Below, in pieces: positions 49,614 through 60,160 of a DNA stretch of 64,000 bases. Below the pieces are notes generated by a model, which was given only the letters and a program-made list of their open reading frames with translations, was not told the DNA's origin and did no database searches. Numbering within the stretch: position 1 is the stretch's first letter; every line of letters begins with the position of its first letter. Location: the NCBI GenBank assembly GCA_010093815.1, contig ML996568.1, one strand, 5' to 3'. A program made the translations under genes and the position numbers. This stretch comes from Pseudovirgaria hyperparasitica. Taxonomy: Eukaryota.

Positions 49614-49846
49614 GAGAATCCGTCTGTAACCTTTTCAGCGCGACTCTTGGCACGCGTCGCGCAAAGATATTAAAGATTATATATACTTTTAGTTATATCT
49701 AAAGAATACTTATTAAGTGCTTTTAAAGACTAAATAGATAATAGAGAAAATCTCGATTTTCTTATTTTCTCTACTACGTACCTTAGTACTTTAGTAGTTC
49801 TAAGGTAAGTTTTAAGAATAGGAGAAAAAGTAGTATATTGCGCGCG
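49614..49846. mobile_element. Internally deleted second copy of the TIR element at 17841-18352
   Basis: Starts GAGAATCCGTCTGTAACCTTTTCAGCGCGACTCTTGGCACGCGTCGC. Its interior matches the reverse complement of ~18080-18230. Confidence 0.88.
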
Positions 49847-50126
49847 AATTCTAGAGAACTAGCTTAATACCTCATGTCGTAGTCTAAAATCACGCATAAC
49901 TACTCATCCGGTAATTCTCATTGGTAATTCAAGATAGATAGGACAGGGATTACTTGAACACTACCTAGTCTCTACAATGGCCTATAAATAAATACTAATA
50001 GGAAGGTTAAGATCTTGGTGCGGCCCCTGTGGCTAAGATTATTCCTATATATTTATACTATACGGGCCCAGAGATAATTCGAATAGCCTTCCCCCTACAC
50101 TCTCATCTGCTCCTAACTATTGAGGA

Positions 50127-51298
50127 ATGGTTTCTCTTACGCTCTTCGCTGTCCTATTTTCGATATTCTTTCTATCATGCATTACTCAGGCTTATTATAC
50201 TTCTCACATTTCTCACACACCTAATCCCGACTCCTACTACATACATCCTTCATGTCACGACGAGAGTGTCGTGATGGTTGCTATTTCAGAAGCAATTTAT
50301 ATGGCACGTCGGAGTGTCGATCGTCTAGATTCGATACTCACTCCCGAAGATCAGTCGATGGCCTCCGAAGAAGCTGTTGTTATGCGCGAAATACTTGACT
50401 ATACATTTGGCATCAACGACGATAACTGGTATCTTACCCGTCAAGTGCACGAAGCCATGAGGTCGATCGCATCTATGGAACGCACTTGGGATTTAGACGC
50501 TAGCAAGGTGCGCTTCTATTGCGATAATGATAAACGCTTTGTTTCTCCACCCGAAGAGGTGGTACACAGGGCGGATTCACTGGGCAATATATTACCATGG
50601 CGCTCTTGGTTGAATCGCTCCAATGCCTCTCGCTACTCTTATTATTTCGATGCCGAGCAAAATAGGGATGGTACTCAGCCGTGGCGCTGGAGAAGGGGCA
50701 CGCCACTATGTCGTAGTCGTGTTGACGAACATGTTCGGTATATCTGGCAGCTGCAGTCGTACCCATTTGCCGAGATTGTTCTTTGCCCCGTGTGGCCCAC
50801 GCGCTCCAGAGTCTCATCAATCTATAATCTCTTGAAGGAAGTGGATGGGAAATTAAGCATGGGGCTGAGTCTTTCTGAACGTCAAACTAGTAATCCCAGT
50901 CCTACTTACCTTACTAATGGTGGCGAGGTCTACTATCTATCATCAATGCGTAGTCTATCACTCCTAAAAGACTGGGTACAAGTACGGGGTGAGTTCTAGT
51001 TTCTTCTGGTAGCTAGTCTACTAATAATTGGATATAGAGCCTAGAGCAAGTGACGGGGATGACCATAAATGGGAGGAGGTGGTCGTGGAGCCCCCAGAGA
51101 GAAAATTATCATCTGTAGCAAATTATGGTCAGTCTGTGTACCTAATTACGCTTACTTACTAATAATAGCTTAGCATTCTTCGGCTTACTTACATTCCTAC
51201 TAGACTACAACATCAAGCTAAGTCCATTTAAGAGTCAAGCTATGGTCGGGGACTTAGTCCATTTTGTAGACTCAGACGAGTCAGACGAGGAGGAGTAA
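50127..51298 (+). CDS. Secreted protein with M35/aspzincin metalloprotease-like architecture, zinc motifs degenerate
   Basis: Signal peptide; SC..AISEAIYMA, RFYCDND and IVLCP motifs. Introns 50989-51037 and 51128-51173 give in-frame exons ending SVANY/AFFG..DEEE*. Confidence 0.7.
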
Positions 51299-51736
51299 TA
51301 TAGAGGAATGCGATGATCGCACAAATATACTCCTATCTTAGACTACGAGCCGCGAGTGCTGTTCTACAGTCACCCCTGGACATCCAGATCTATAGTGGCA
51401 CGTACTAATGAGAAAACAATATCTCAACGCTCGAAAGACCATTCATTTTAGACTCCTAAAAGTCTAGAAGTGTACATAATACTATAGCTAGCGGAGCTCG
51501 TGAATATATATGTCTTTAAACACTACTATTCGTATGTCTCTGAAGATAAAGCACAGCTTTATATCGCTGCTCATGAATAAATTCCTTCTCTCTAGGTGGA
51601 CAGAAGATTTATAATAACATCACCTATAAAGAAACATGCACGTGTTCATCACGAGGTACCAGTCTGAGTTCGTGGCATGCTTGTAATTCATTGTCTATGC
51701 ATTGTTGTGGAATAAGCTACACATGTTTGACAGTCC

Positions 51737-53149
51737 TCAATCCTGGTACCTGCTCAGGAAGTCCGTCATCGCCTCCTGCATCTTCCTCCCATCTGAAGCA
51801 AGATCTTCCTCCTTGCGAGAGTAATAATCTCTCTGGTTGTCGATGATCACCCGGTGCGCCTCGATTATGGCATGCAGCAGTTGGATGTGCTCCTGCAAAC
51901 TTCGTATAGTATGTGGGCGTCTCATGGGCGGGACTTCTGGGAGTCGCTCCAGGAAAGGGTTCTCTAGATCAAGTTCTCGCTCGATCGATCGAGCCACGTC
52001 CTCGGAGCTAGTGGATGATGATGAGAGCTTGCGTTTCTTCACGGGGAGTTCGTCGACACGGCGGTCTGCAGCCGGAGAGGCATCATCACGCTTCCGCTTG
52101 CCATTGGCGTTGTCAGACAGTGAGGTCGCTTGGCTGGGAGAGGACTCGACGGCAGAGTCAACGGTATCCACATCGGGAGGAGGGAGGTGAGGTGAGAGTC
52201 CATGACACATGAGAGCGAAACGCTCAATTTCTGCTCCGTCAGCTGGTGGGGTTTGTGTTCCACTGTGCTCGTGGAAGAAGGTACCTGGCACGAGATTATC
52301 CAGCTCTCTGGGTGAAATCTTGCGCTGTTTTGTCTTGTTCGCAACGGTAGGTGGTGACTTTGAAATCGATTTCTTCGAGTTCGAGGTCGATTTCGACGTG
52401 GATCTGGACTTAGACTTAGACTTGGACTTGGACTTTGCCAGAGAACCGCACTTCAGTGCTGTTCCGGGATTGTGACCGCTGTTTGCAGGCTTTGCAAGGA
52501 TCTTCTGATCTTTTGTTACATCCTCATGTTGGATGCTGAGATGTGGCTGCTCTATAGCTGCCTTTGCTGCCATGGCCCTCTCAGCTGCGTCCTGTTGTTT
52601 CTTTTGCATGAGCTTCTCGGTATGATGTAGTTCGTGTAAGGCCCGCTCGACGTCATTGGCATTGACCCATTTGGGTTCAGGCAGGCCTTTGGCGATGGCT
52701 TCTTTCTGGCGATCACGTTTTCCTATTGTCTTCTCCCATCGCTGTCTGTTGGCAAGCATGATGGCCTCGGCAGCTTTCGCACGGCGATCAGAAGTGAAGG
52801 AAGCGATCTGGGCTAGAGCCTGCAGTAGAGCAAAATCCCAGAATTTAGGGGCACGGGGCGAACAGACAGCGGTGTTCAATAGTTCTTCGACGGGCTTTCC
52901 CCAATGGCCGTTGATGATGTCGACACACCCTTCGGGAGTGGCCAATGGATCGAAGTCTTCAAGATGCTCAAGAGGGTCCCAATCAAGGCCGACATCCTCT
53001 TTCTTGATGAGGGGGTCTTCATTCGACTCATCCTCGAGTTTGACAACGACCTCCTGGGTCGCGTTCGATGCAATAGCAATAGAAGTGGAAGGGGATCCAG
53101 ATCCAGATCCATAGGGAGTAGATTCCTTGGGATTGATAGATTTAGACAT
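51737..53149 (-). CDS. Hypothetical protein (470 aa), largely disordered, basic NLS-like clusters
   Basis: Long intronless ATG-initiated ORF with KRKR/KKRK clusters, an (SK)n run and a coiled-coil-like C-terminus. No recognisable domain. Confidence 0.75.
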   Translation of the reverse strand: MSKSINPKESTPYGSGSGSPSTSIAIASNATQEVVVKLEDESNEDPLIKKEDVGLDWDPLEHLEDFDPLATPEGCVDIINGHWGKPVEELLNTAVCSPRAPKFWDFALLQALAQIASFTSDRRAKAAEAIMLANRQRWEKTIGKRDRQKEAIAKGLPEPKWVNANDVERALHELHHTEKLMQKKQQDAAERAMAAKAAIEQPHLSIQHEDVTKDQKILAKPANSGHNPGTALKCGSLAKSKSKSKSKSRSTSKSTSNSKKSISKSPPTVANKTKQRKISPRELDNLVPGTFFHEHSGTQTPPADGAEIERFALMCHGLSPHLPPPDVDTVDSAVESSPSQATSLSDNANGKRKRDDASPAADRRVDELPVKKRKLSSSSTSSEDVARSIERELDLENPFLERLPEVPPMRRPHTIRSLQEHIQLLHAIIEAHRVIIDNQRDYYSRKEEDLASDGRKMQEAMTDFLSRYQD

Positions 53150-54499
53150 GGTGGCAGAAATTTCAACCTTGGAGTGTTAACGAGAGATTGCCATTTCAAG
53201 CGATAAGGACTTACAGTCTGCGGGAGGCAGGATTATAGAAAAGTGTTCAATTTTGAATGTAGCTTCGAATACTCGACGAGGAGAGTTCCTGTGACAGAGA
53301 CCTATAATGAACGAAATGATCGTCAGGCGTACAAACAGTGTATCTTCAGCAATCGAGTGGACAAGATGTTTGCCGATTGTGCAGAGACGACAGCGTTGTG
53401 AACGAGAATCTCTGCAGATGGTGATTTTTGGGTAGGTGCAGGGGAAGGTGGGTTGATTGATCGAGAGAAGGTTATGGTAGACAGAGATCTTCGATGATCA
53501 AGATGCGTGCACAATGTATACGGAAAATAGGTTGAGTACCGAAGAAGGATGCGGCGATGTGCATCAAGTGTTTTGAAGATGAGAAGAACCGGTCAGAGAT
53601 TTCGCGTTGCTTTATACAGGCGAAATTGCAGGCTCGGGGGTTGGTGCGTCCTAAGTGATTTGGAAGTGAACAATAGGAAAAGTGGTCGGCGACACACGCA
53701 ACTAGGGGCTATTGAGCACATCTCCTCAAACACTGCTTTTCAATGACGCAATTGTTAGCCATAGACCGCCTTACGAAAAGATGAATTGTGTAAACGAGGC
53801 GTGAAAGTGCACATGCACTCCTGAATAGGCGGCCTGGACCAACGGGCCCAGCTCAGTGTTGATTGAAAGTCGAAGACAAAAGAGATAAGAATAGAGGACT
53901 GTTATGATCATACTTCTGAAAGACCATGGGACATTCCGGTAAATGGGAGGACTCTAATACGATATATCATGGTTCTCAATGCTCCAGGTTTGATACAATA
54001 AAGATGATCATTGGATTGGGGGTCGAGACAGAGCAATGACTGGAAACCGCATGATCCAGCGAGAGATAACATGGTTTATCAATTCTGCCCGGAGTCGTTG
54101 TTGGCATAACTGTGGTTGTACTGCATCGAAGCATTGTTGTGAACGTTGACGATTTGCCAAGGCTCCTGAGTGACTTGAAGCAACCTGGAGGCGTAAGCCT
54201 TGATTATTAATTACAGTAAGGGTAAAAAAGCGTGACTTGGTGGGGTAATGCCATCCGGATCCATGACTGTGCCACTGCGGCTGCTGCTGATGTGGCTGGA
54301 GCTCGGCTCGGTTAATGCATCTGATCCCCCTCACTTGCCTAGGTATAGGTAGCCTACTGCTCCATATTCACTCTAGGCGTCTAGTCCCAATGACGACGAT
54401 ATGTCTTCTGATAGCGGTTGTCTTCTTTCGCTGACTCCTCGCTGCTCGCTGACATTATTTCCCCCTTGAATTCCAGTAGATCACGAAACCCTTCTTACA

Positions 54500-56028
54500 A
54501 TGCCTGCTGGTATACGCATTGCGCCGAACAAGGCCACACGAGCTCTTAACCTTCTCCGCACCGTTCAATATACCCACCCGCCGTCATGTCCGTGTCATTC
54601 GAATCCTGCACATCACCATCATGGGGCAATACAGGAGGCGAGAAGGTCTTTGGCAACGCCAGTTGATTTCTCACAACAGAAGGAGTATGCTTTCGAGATG
54701 GCTGCTTCTAGCATCCGCTTCGGACCTGGCTGCACCAAAGAAGTGGGCATGGACTTCAAGAACATGGGCGCCAAGAAAGTCATGATCGTGACAGACGGCA
54801 ATGTCAGGAAACTGACGGCTATGAAGCAATGTGTTGAGGGTTTAGAGCGTGAAGGCATTGCGTATGAGATATTCGATAAAGTTAGGGTCGAACCGAAGGA
54901 CAGCTCGTGAGTGGTCAAGCCATCTTGAAGTGATAGGCCTTGGTACTGACTCTGATTAGGATTCGAGAAGCTATAGACTACGCTAAACCGTACCAGCCCG
55001 ACGCTTTTCTTGCCGTTGGTGGTGGCTCTGTCATCGATACTGCAAAACTCATGAATCTTTATACAAGCTTTCCACAAGCCGACTTTCTCGATTTCGTTAA
55101 CGCACCCCTAGGAAAGGGCCTTCCGATTACAAGCAAGCTATTCCCCCTCGTCGCGGTCCCAACGACTGCTGGTACGGGGTCTGAGACGACCGGCACAGCG
55201 ATTTTTGATCTTGTGTCGAAGAAAGCAAAGACCGGCATTGCACACAGAAACCTAAAGCCTACCTTGGGCATATGTGATCCACTAAACACTCGGACTATGC
55301 CTTCAGCGGTGCACGCATCATCTGGTCTCGATGTACTGTGCCATTCGCTGGAGTCTTGGACGGCCATCCCCTATCACGAGCGAGTGCCACGACCTGCGAA
55401 TCCTATTCTGCGCCCTGCATACCAAGGAGCCAATCCTATCTCTGATATATTCTCCCTTCAAGCTCTCCGAGACACCGTAAAGTATCTCCCTCGCGCAGTT
55501 AAAGACCCCGAGGATCATGAAGCTCAGTCTAAGATGCTTCTCGCTGCTACATTAGCCGGTGTCGGGTTCGGAAATGCTGGTGTGCATCTGTGTCACGGCA
55601 TGTCGTATCCCATTTCAGGCCAGAACCCTGGATACAAGCATGCAGGTTATCAGGTAGAGAATTCAATCATTCCTCATGGTGTCAGTGTAGCTGTCACGGC
55701 GCCGGCTGTTTTCAGGTTCACTGGAGCTTCAAACCCAGAGCGACATCTTGCAGCCGCCGAAGTCTTCGGTAAAGATATCAGCAACGCGAAACTTGAGAGT
55801 GCAGGTGAGATCTTAGGCGAAGCTCTCGCTGAATTTCTCGTGAGTCTTGGTGATCAACCACGCGGTTTAAAGTCACTTGGGTTCAACCGGTCTCACATCG
55901 ATGGGCTTGTCGAGGGAACTTTACCGCAGGCCAGAGTTTTGATGCTAGCTCCAAACTTGGAAATGAGAGATACCGACATAGAGAGAGAGCAGCTACGTGG
56001 ACTCTTCGAGGACGCTCTGGAATACTGA
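54500..56028 (+). CDS. Hydroxyacid-oxoacid transhydrogenase (ADHFE1-like, Fe-ADH family), mitochondrial
   Basis: Basic presequence with CPCH; EYAFEMAASSIRFG, AVGGGSVIDTAK, PTTAGTGSE, YQGANPISD and GNAGVHLCHGMSYPI motifs. Intron 54907-54959. Confidence 0.95.
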
Positions 56029-56428
56029 TGAAGAAAACAAATACTAACTCGGAGCATATTGAGCATCCCATAACCCATAAGCGCAAGGAAGCCTTAATGG
56101 GGTATCGGAGTAATTTTGGTCACGTACAATCCATTTATTGTCTGATACTTTTCTCATGTATATAGAAGGAAAGCTGAACCGACGTACCTAGGGACTTACA
56201 TTAATTCAGCATGCCACGATTTCAATAAGGAGTTTGCACTTGCGGACCAACGGCTCCTCGATGTATAGGCGTGGGGAACTATCCGGATGTAGCCTTTGAC
56301 GTCTTAGTGCCGATCTGCGAACAATGCATCCCTCAATCAGTACCTCAGATCCAACAATCCTCTATATTATAGAACGAAAAGTATCCCCTCTCGTTCACTT
56401 AACCACCTCCTACAACATAAACTCAACG

Positions 56429-57109
56429 ATGTCACTGAAGCTTATATCCGCAACGTCCTCCCACTACGCCCGCAAAGTCCGTATTGTCCTCGCCGAGAAG
56501 AGCATCCCCTTCGACCTGATCACTGAAGTTCCGTGGAACAGCACCACCCAAATACCCCAGCATAACCCACTCGAGAAGCTTCCCGTGCTCATCATCCCCG
56601 CAGATGGCGTCCCAGGCCTGATTGCTGGCAGTGGGAAACAGGTGTCAGTCTCCGAATCGCACTTTATCCTTGAATGGATCGAATTCAAATTCCCGGCTCC
56701 CAAGTACCCATCTATGCTACCTGAAGATGGGGATCAGAGACTGGAGGCGAAGGAAATTGAGGTCGTTGCGGATGGAATGTGTGATGCGTTAGTGTTGAGG
56801 TTTTTCGAGGTGCAGCGGAAAGATCAGAGTCAGGAGTGGATTGCGCGGCAGATGCGAAAGGTAGACGGCGGTATGAAGTGGCTTGCAGGCAGAGTAAGGC
56901 CAGGTAAAGAGTTTCTGGTGGGAGAAAGGTTTGGGTTGGCTGATATAGCGGTTGGGGCGGTGTGTGGGTATTTGGATGTGAGGTATGAGGAGTATCCGTG
57001 GCGGGCGAGGTATCCAGACTTGAGCAAGTATGTGGACACATTACAGGACAGGGAAAGTTTTCGAATTACAACGCCGAGGGCACAGAAGTTTGTTGATAAG
57101 ATTGTTTGA
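56429..57109 (+). CDS. Glutathione S-transferase
   Basis: MSLKLISATSSHYARKVRI, NPLEKLPVL, SESHFILEW and FGLADIAV motifs. The second ATG of the listed ORF is the likely start. Confidence 0.92.
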   Translation: MSLKLISATSSHYARKVRIVLAEKSIPFDLITEVPWNSTTQIPQHNPLEKLPVLIIPADGVPGLIAGSGKQVSVSESHFILEWIEFKFPAPKYPSMLPEDGDQRLEAKEIEVVADGMCDALVLRFFEVQRKDQSQEWIARQMRKVDGGMKWLAGRVRPGKEFLVGERFGLADIAVGAVCGYLDVRYEEYPWRARYPDLSKYVDTLQDRESFRITTPRAQKFVDKIV

Positions 57110-59579
57110 GAACACTTGGTTAGTTGTCTTGACATCAACATACGCCCCGAGCATGCAACGCACGTCCTCCAGTGTTCAACCCAAAGCTACGTTATATTAG
57201 CAGCACTTAGATCGGCAAAAGGCTAGGTATAAATACTTGAGGGTATCCACAGAATGATGAATATATGGCTTCAGCCCCACAAGGTTTGCTTGAATCCAAA
57301 GAACGAGTCGACTTCAATTAGGACTAGTCGCCATCAGTCGCACCAGCAGGCCCATGGTAATCTGCGCAAATGATACAATTGGTTCCAGACGATGTTCCAC
57401 GAATGCACAACCAGAATGCATCGAGTGATATGTTCCGAGATGGACAACTGAATTCATTCTCCAATGAGATCACAGCTTTCTGTGCGGTAAAGGTAAATCG
57501 ACGGGTTGGATCTAGGGCTATTATTCTGAGTCTTGAGCCTATCAGCCACGAACAGCTAGAAATCGGCCTCTGCCAGGTAGTAGCTGGTATTCCGAGATCA
57601 ACAGTCATGAACATCTACAAGAGACTCAGTTTCCATCCCTTGGACGCATTCTTAGCCGCGAGTCAATGAAACAAGCTTGCGGCAGATGTTCTAACTAGTG
57701 AGGCCAGGATTAAGTACTGTTTGTAACTTTATATACGATAAATCCTACCAAATGACTTTATAGTACATGGTTATAATTCGTACCTAGTCGTCCGGAAGCT
57801 ATCTTCAAGATTACATGTGAGATTTAGCTGATGAGAACAGTCTTATTGTGGTTCGAGTTGGCAAGTAGCATTCATTTAAATGGCTCAAAAGCATACTTAG
57901 TGTGTATTAGAGTTTGGAGATGCAGCTTGTCCAGCCGATGAGGCACTCCTTGCTCATGACGAGCTGAAGCATAGTACAATGTGATAAGGAAATCCTATCG
58001 TATATTTAGAAATATCTCGACTGAGAATTTAGCGTCGTGTAAATCACAATATGAGTCGTGTCCTTGGAGCTGGACGTAATGAATTTGAGTGAATCCTACT
58101 TAAATTCCTTTCCCATTGTCGGTTGTTGGATACTACGGAGCCATCCACGCTGAAGTTTTGATCACCAGCGTACAAGCAAACACCCGGTCCATTACCTACC
58201 TACTTAGCTCGTAAGTCTGAAGTGATTTCTTATTCCGTTCCATCAAGTCCAAACTAAATTCAGAGTACGTACAAGGGCTACGCCCACAAACCTTCCGCTA
58301 CCACAACCACGCTGGTGCCGACGAACTATTTCCCCCACACTGACATTTACAGTGACAACTACAAGTACACATATCACTTCGACAGTTAATATCGTCGGGT
58401 GTTTCGTCGCGGGTCCGGCTTCTGCTCGATGACGTCCGCACAATCCTAGGCCGAGATCACTTGCAGCTGTTGCTCATCAGAGCAAAAATAATGCCGACAT
58501 CATGCGGTGCCTGCACGTATCCAGCGTGATTCTAGATTGCATGGCATCACGAGTTGTGTTCTGCTGCCGCAGGTCAGGCATGCGTGAGTGTCAACTGGAT
58601 GCTCTATACTGGCAACACCATGATATATCGTGAGGCTTTTCTTCGCCTTCATCCCGCTTGTTCATACCCATTGCGGACGCTAGAGACTAATGATCTAACC
58701 CCAGGATGGCACCAACCTGGTACTCCGTGGACGTTAATGCCGCCGTAAATTCCCCTTTCGGCCGACCGAGTTTATGTGGCTTATCTTTTCACTACTTATC
58801 ATTCGCAGCTCTCGGCGTTTACGTATCCAGCATTTAATAGTCTGCCTTGAACGGGTGGACTTGCATCTCATAAAGGACCCTTTCGTTGATGATCGGGCTG
58901 ACTTTTAGCTCGATAAGCCCATTTTACTCACCTCTATAATTATGAATAGTAGCTCTATCCTACCAGAATACTAAGATACAAATATTCTTATATATGTTCT
59001 ACTCCCTGTAAGTTCTAGTGAATTATATGATTAGTGAGGCCCTCGCCCAAAAGCGAGCGATCCACAACTTTTGCAGATCCTTGTTGATGGCGAATTAAGA
59101 TCGTTAAGTGACTGGCCTAGTGACGAGACATGAGTTGAGATTATCAGCGTTAGGTCAACCTCAATCGTAGCTGTGCATCAAGCTATACTACTAATTGTGA
59201 ATCCCTGTTTCCCTATAGGGCTCGCTTTCGAAACGCGAATACGAAGCCAAACAGTTGCCTCATATCAAGACCGCGCTACTTTCAAGTCAAATAGCCGTCA
59301 TTTCGCTTATCATGTTTTAGCATGATAGATAAGATAGATTTTAAGAACTTCTAAGCGCGTCTAAGACGTATATAGATTTCGTGGAAGAGTTACGTATGTA
59401 CTTCCATTCAAGTCAATATAAATCAATCCCACTCCGAGAGTCAATATTCGATTCAAACATATTCATGAAGTTTATAAAGGATTCAGTACTTCAGTTCAAC
59501 TTAGCTTGAGACTCAGAGTCAAATGAGTGGGGCTGATTGATAGAAACTCTGCGCACAGTCCATCTGCAAGTATACAAGA

Positions 59580-59878
59580 ATGAAGGCTACCTACCTTGCC
59601 CTCAGCTCCCTGTTCCATATAGCACAAGGCCAACTCGAGGAAGGATACTGGAAAAAAGCAGGTCCCAATGACTGTAAGCCAATAACCAGTAGTGGTATTG
59701 GCGTACCCTGACGCGTCTCAGTTCGTGGACCATGCCCAATGATGAACACGTTGGCCAACCATGGCTTCCTACCTCGAGACGGCCGCAACATCACTGTCGA
59801 AAACGCCGTTCATGCCCTGGTATCAGGCCTAAATTTTGACTCATCGCTGGCTGCGATAATGTGGCAGGAAGCAGTCAT
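59580..59878 (+). pseudogene. Heme-thiolate peroxidase (chloroperoxidase/UPO family), 5' part, interrupted by an LTR retrotransposon
   Basis: Signal peptide MKATYLALSSLFHIAQG; intron 59674-59721; FRGPCPMMNTLANHGFLPRDGRNI (PCP proximal-Cys motif). Similarity ends abruptly at the TG start of the AT-rich element. Confidence 0.85.
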
Positions 59879-60160
59879 TGTGCCGAGTGCAGTACTCAGA
59901 GGGTGCTATATTATCTACCGAAGGGTCTGTAATAGAGCAAAGGAGATAGAAATACTCTCAATAAGTCTTTAATTAAGTACTAATACCGTTATACGTGATG
60001 ATCCTCCTTCCTCTAGCTATAAATAATATAGAAGGAAGAAGTAATATATACTAAGCTTCTAGCGTTATATGATAAGGCCACGTGACTTAGCTACTTATAT
60101 AACCTTATATAACTACCTATAGCATCTGCCCTTCCACGCTAAATTTCGTCCCGAAATATA
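59879..60160 (-). repeat. Putative 3' LTR of the Gypsy element
   Basis: Begins TG at the junction with the peroxidase gene. Followed at 60164-60171 by CCCCCTCC, a polypurine tract GGAGGGGG on the element strand. Confidence 0.55.

Noticed and set aside
57324..57669. Two overlapping ~100-aa ORFs
   Set aside because: No family similarity recognised; possibly decayed sequence.
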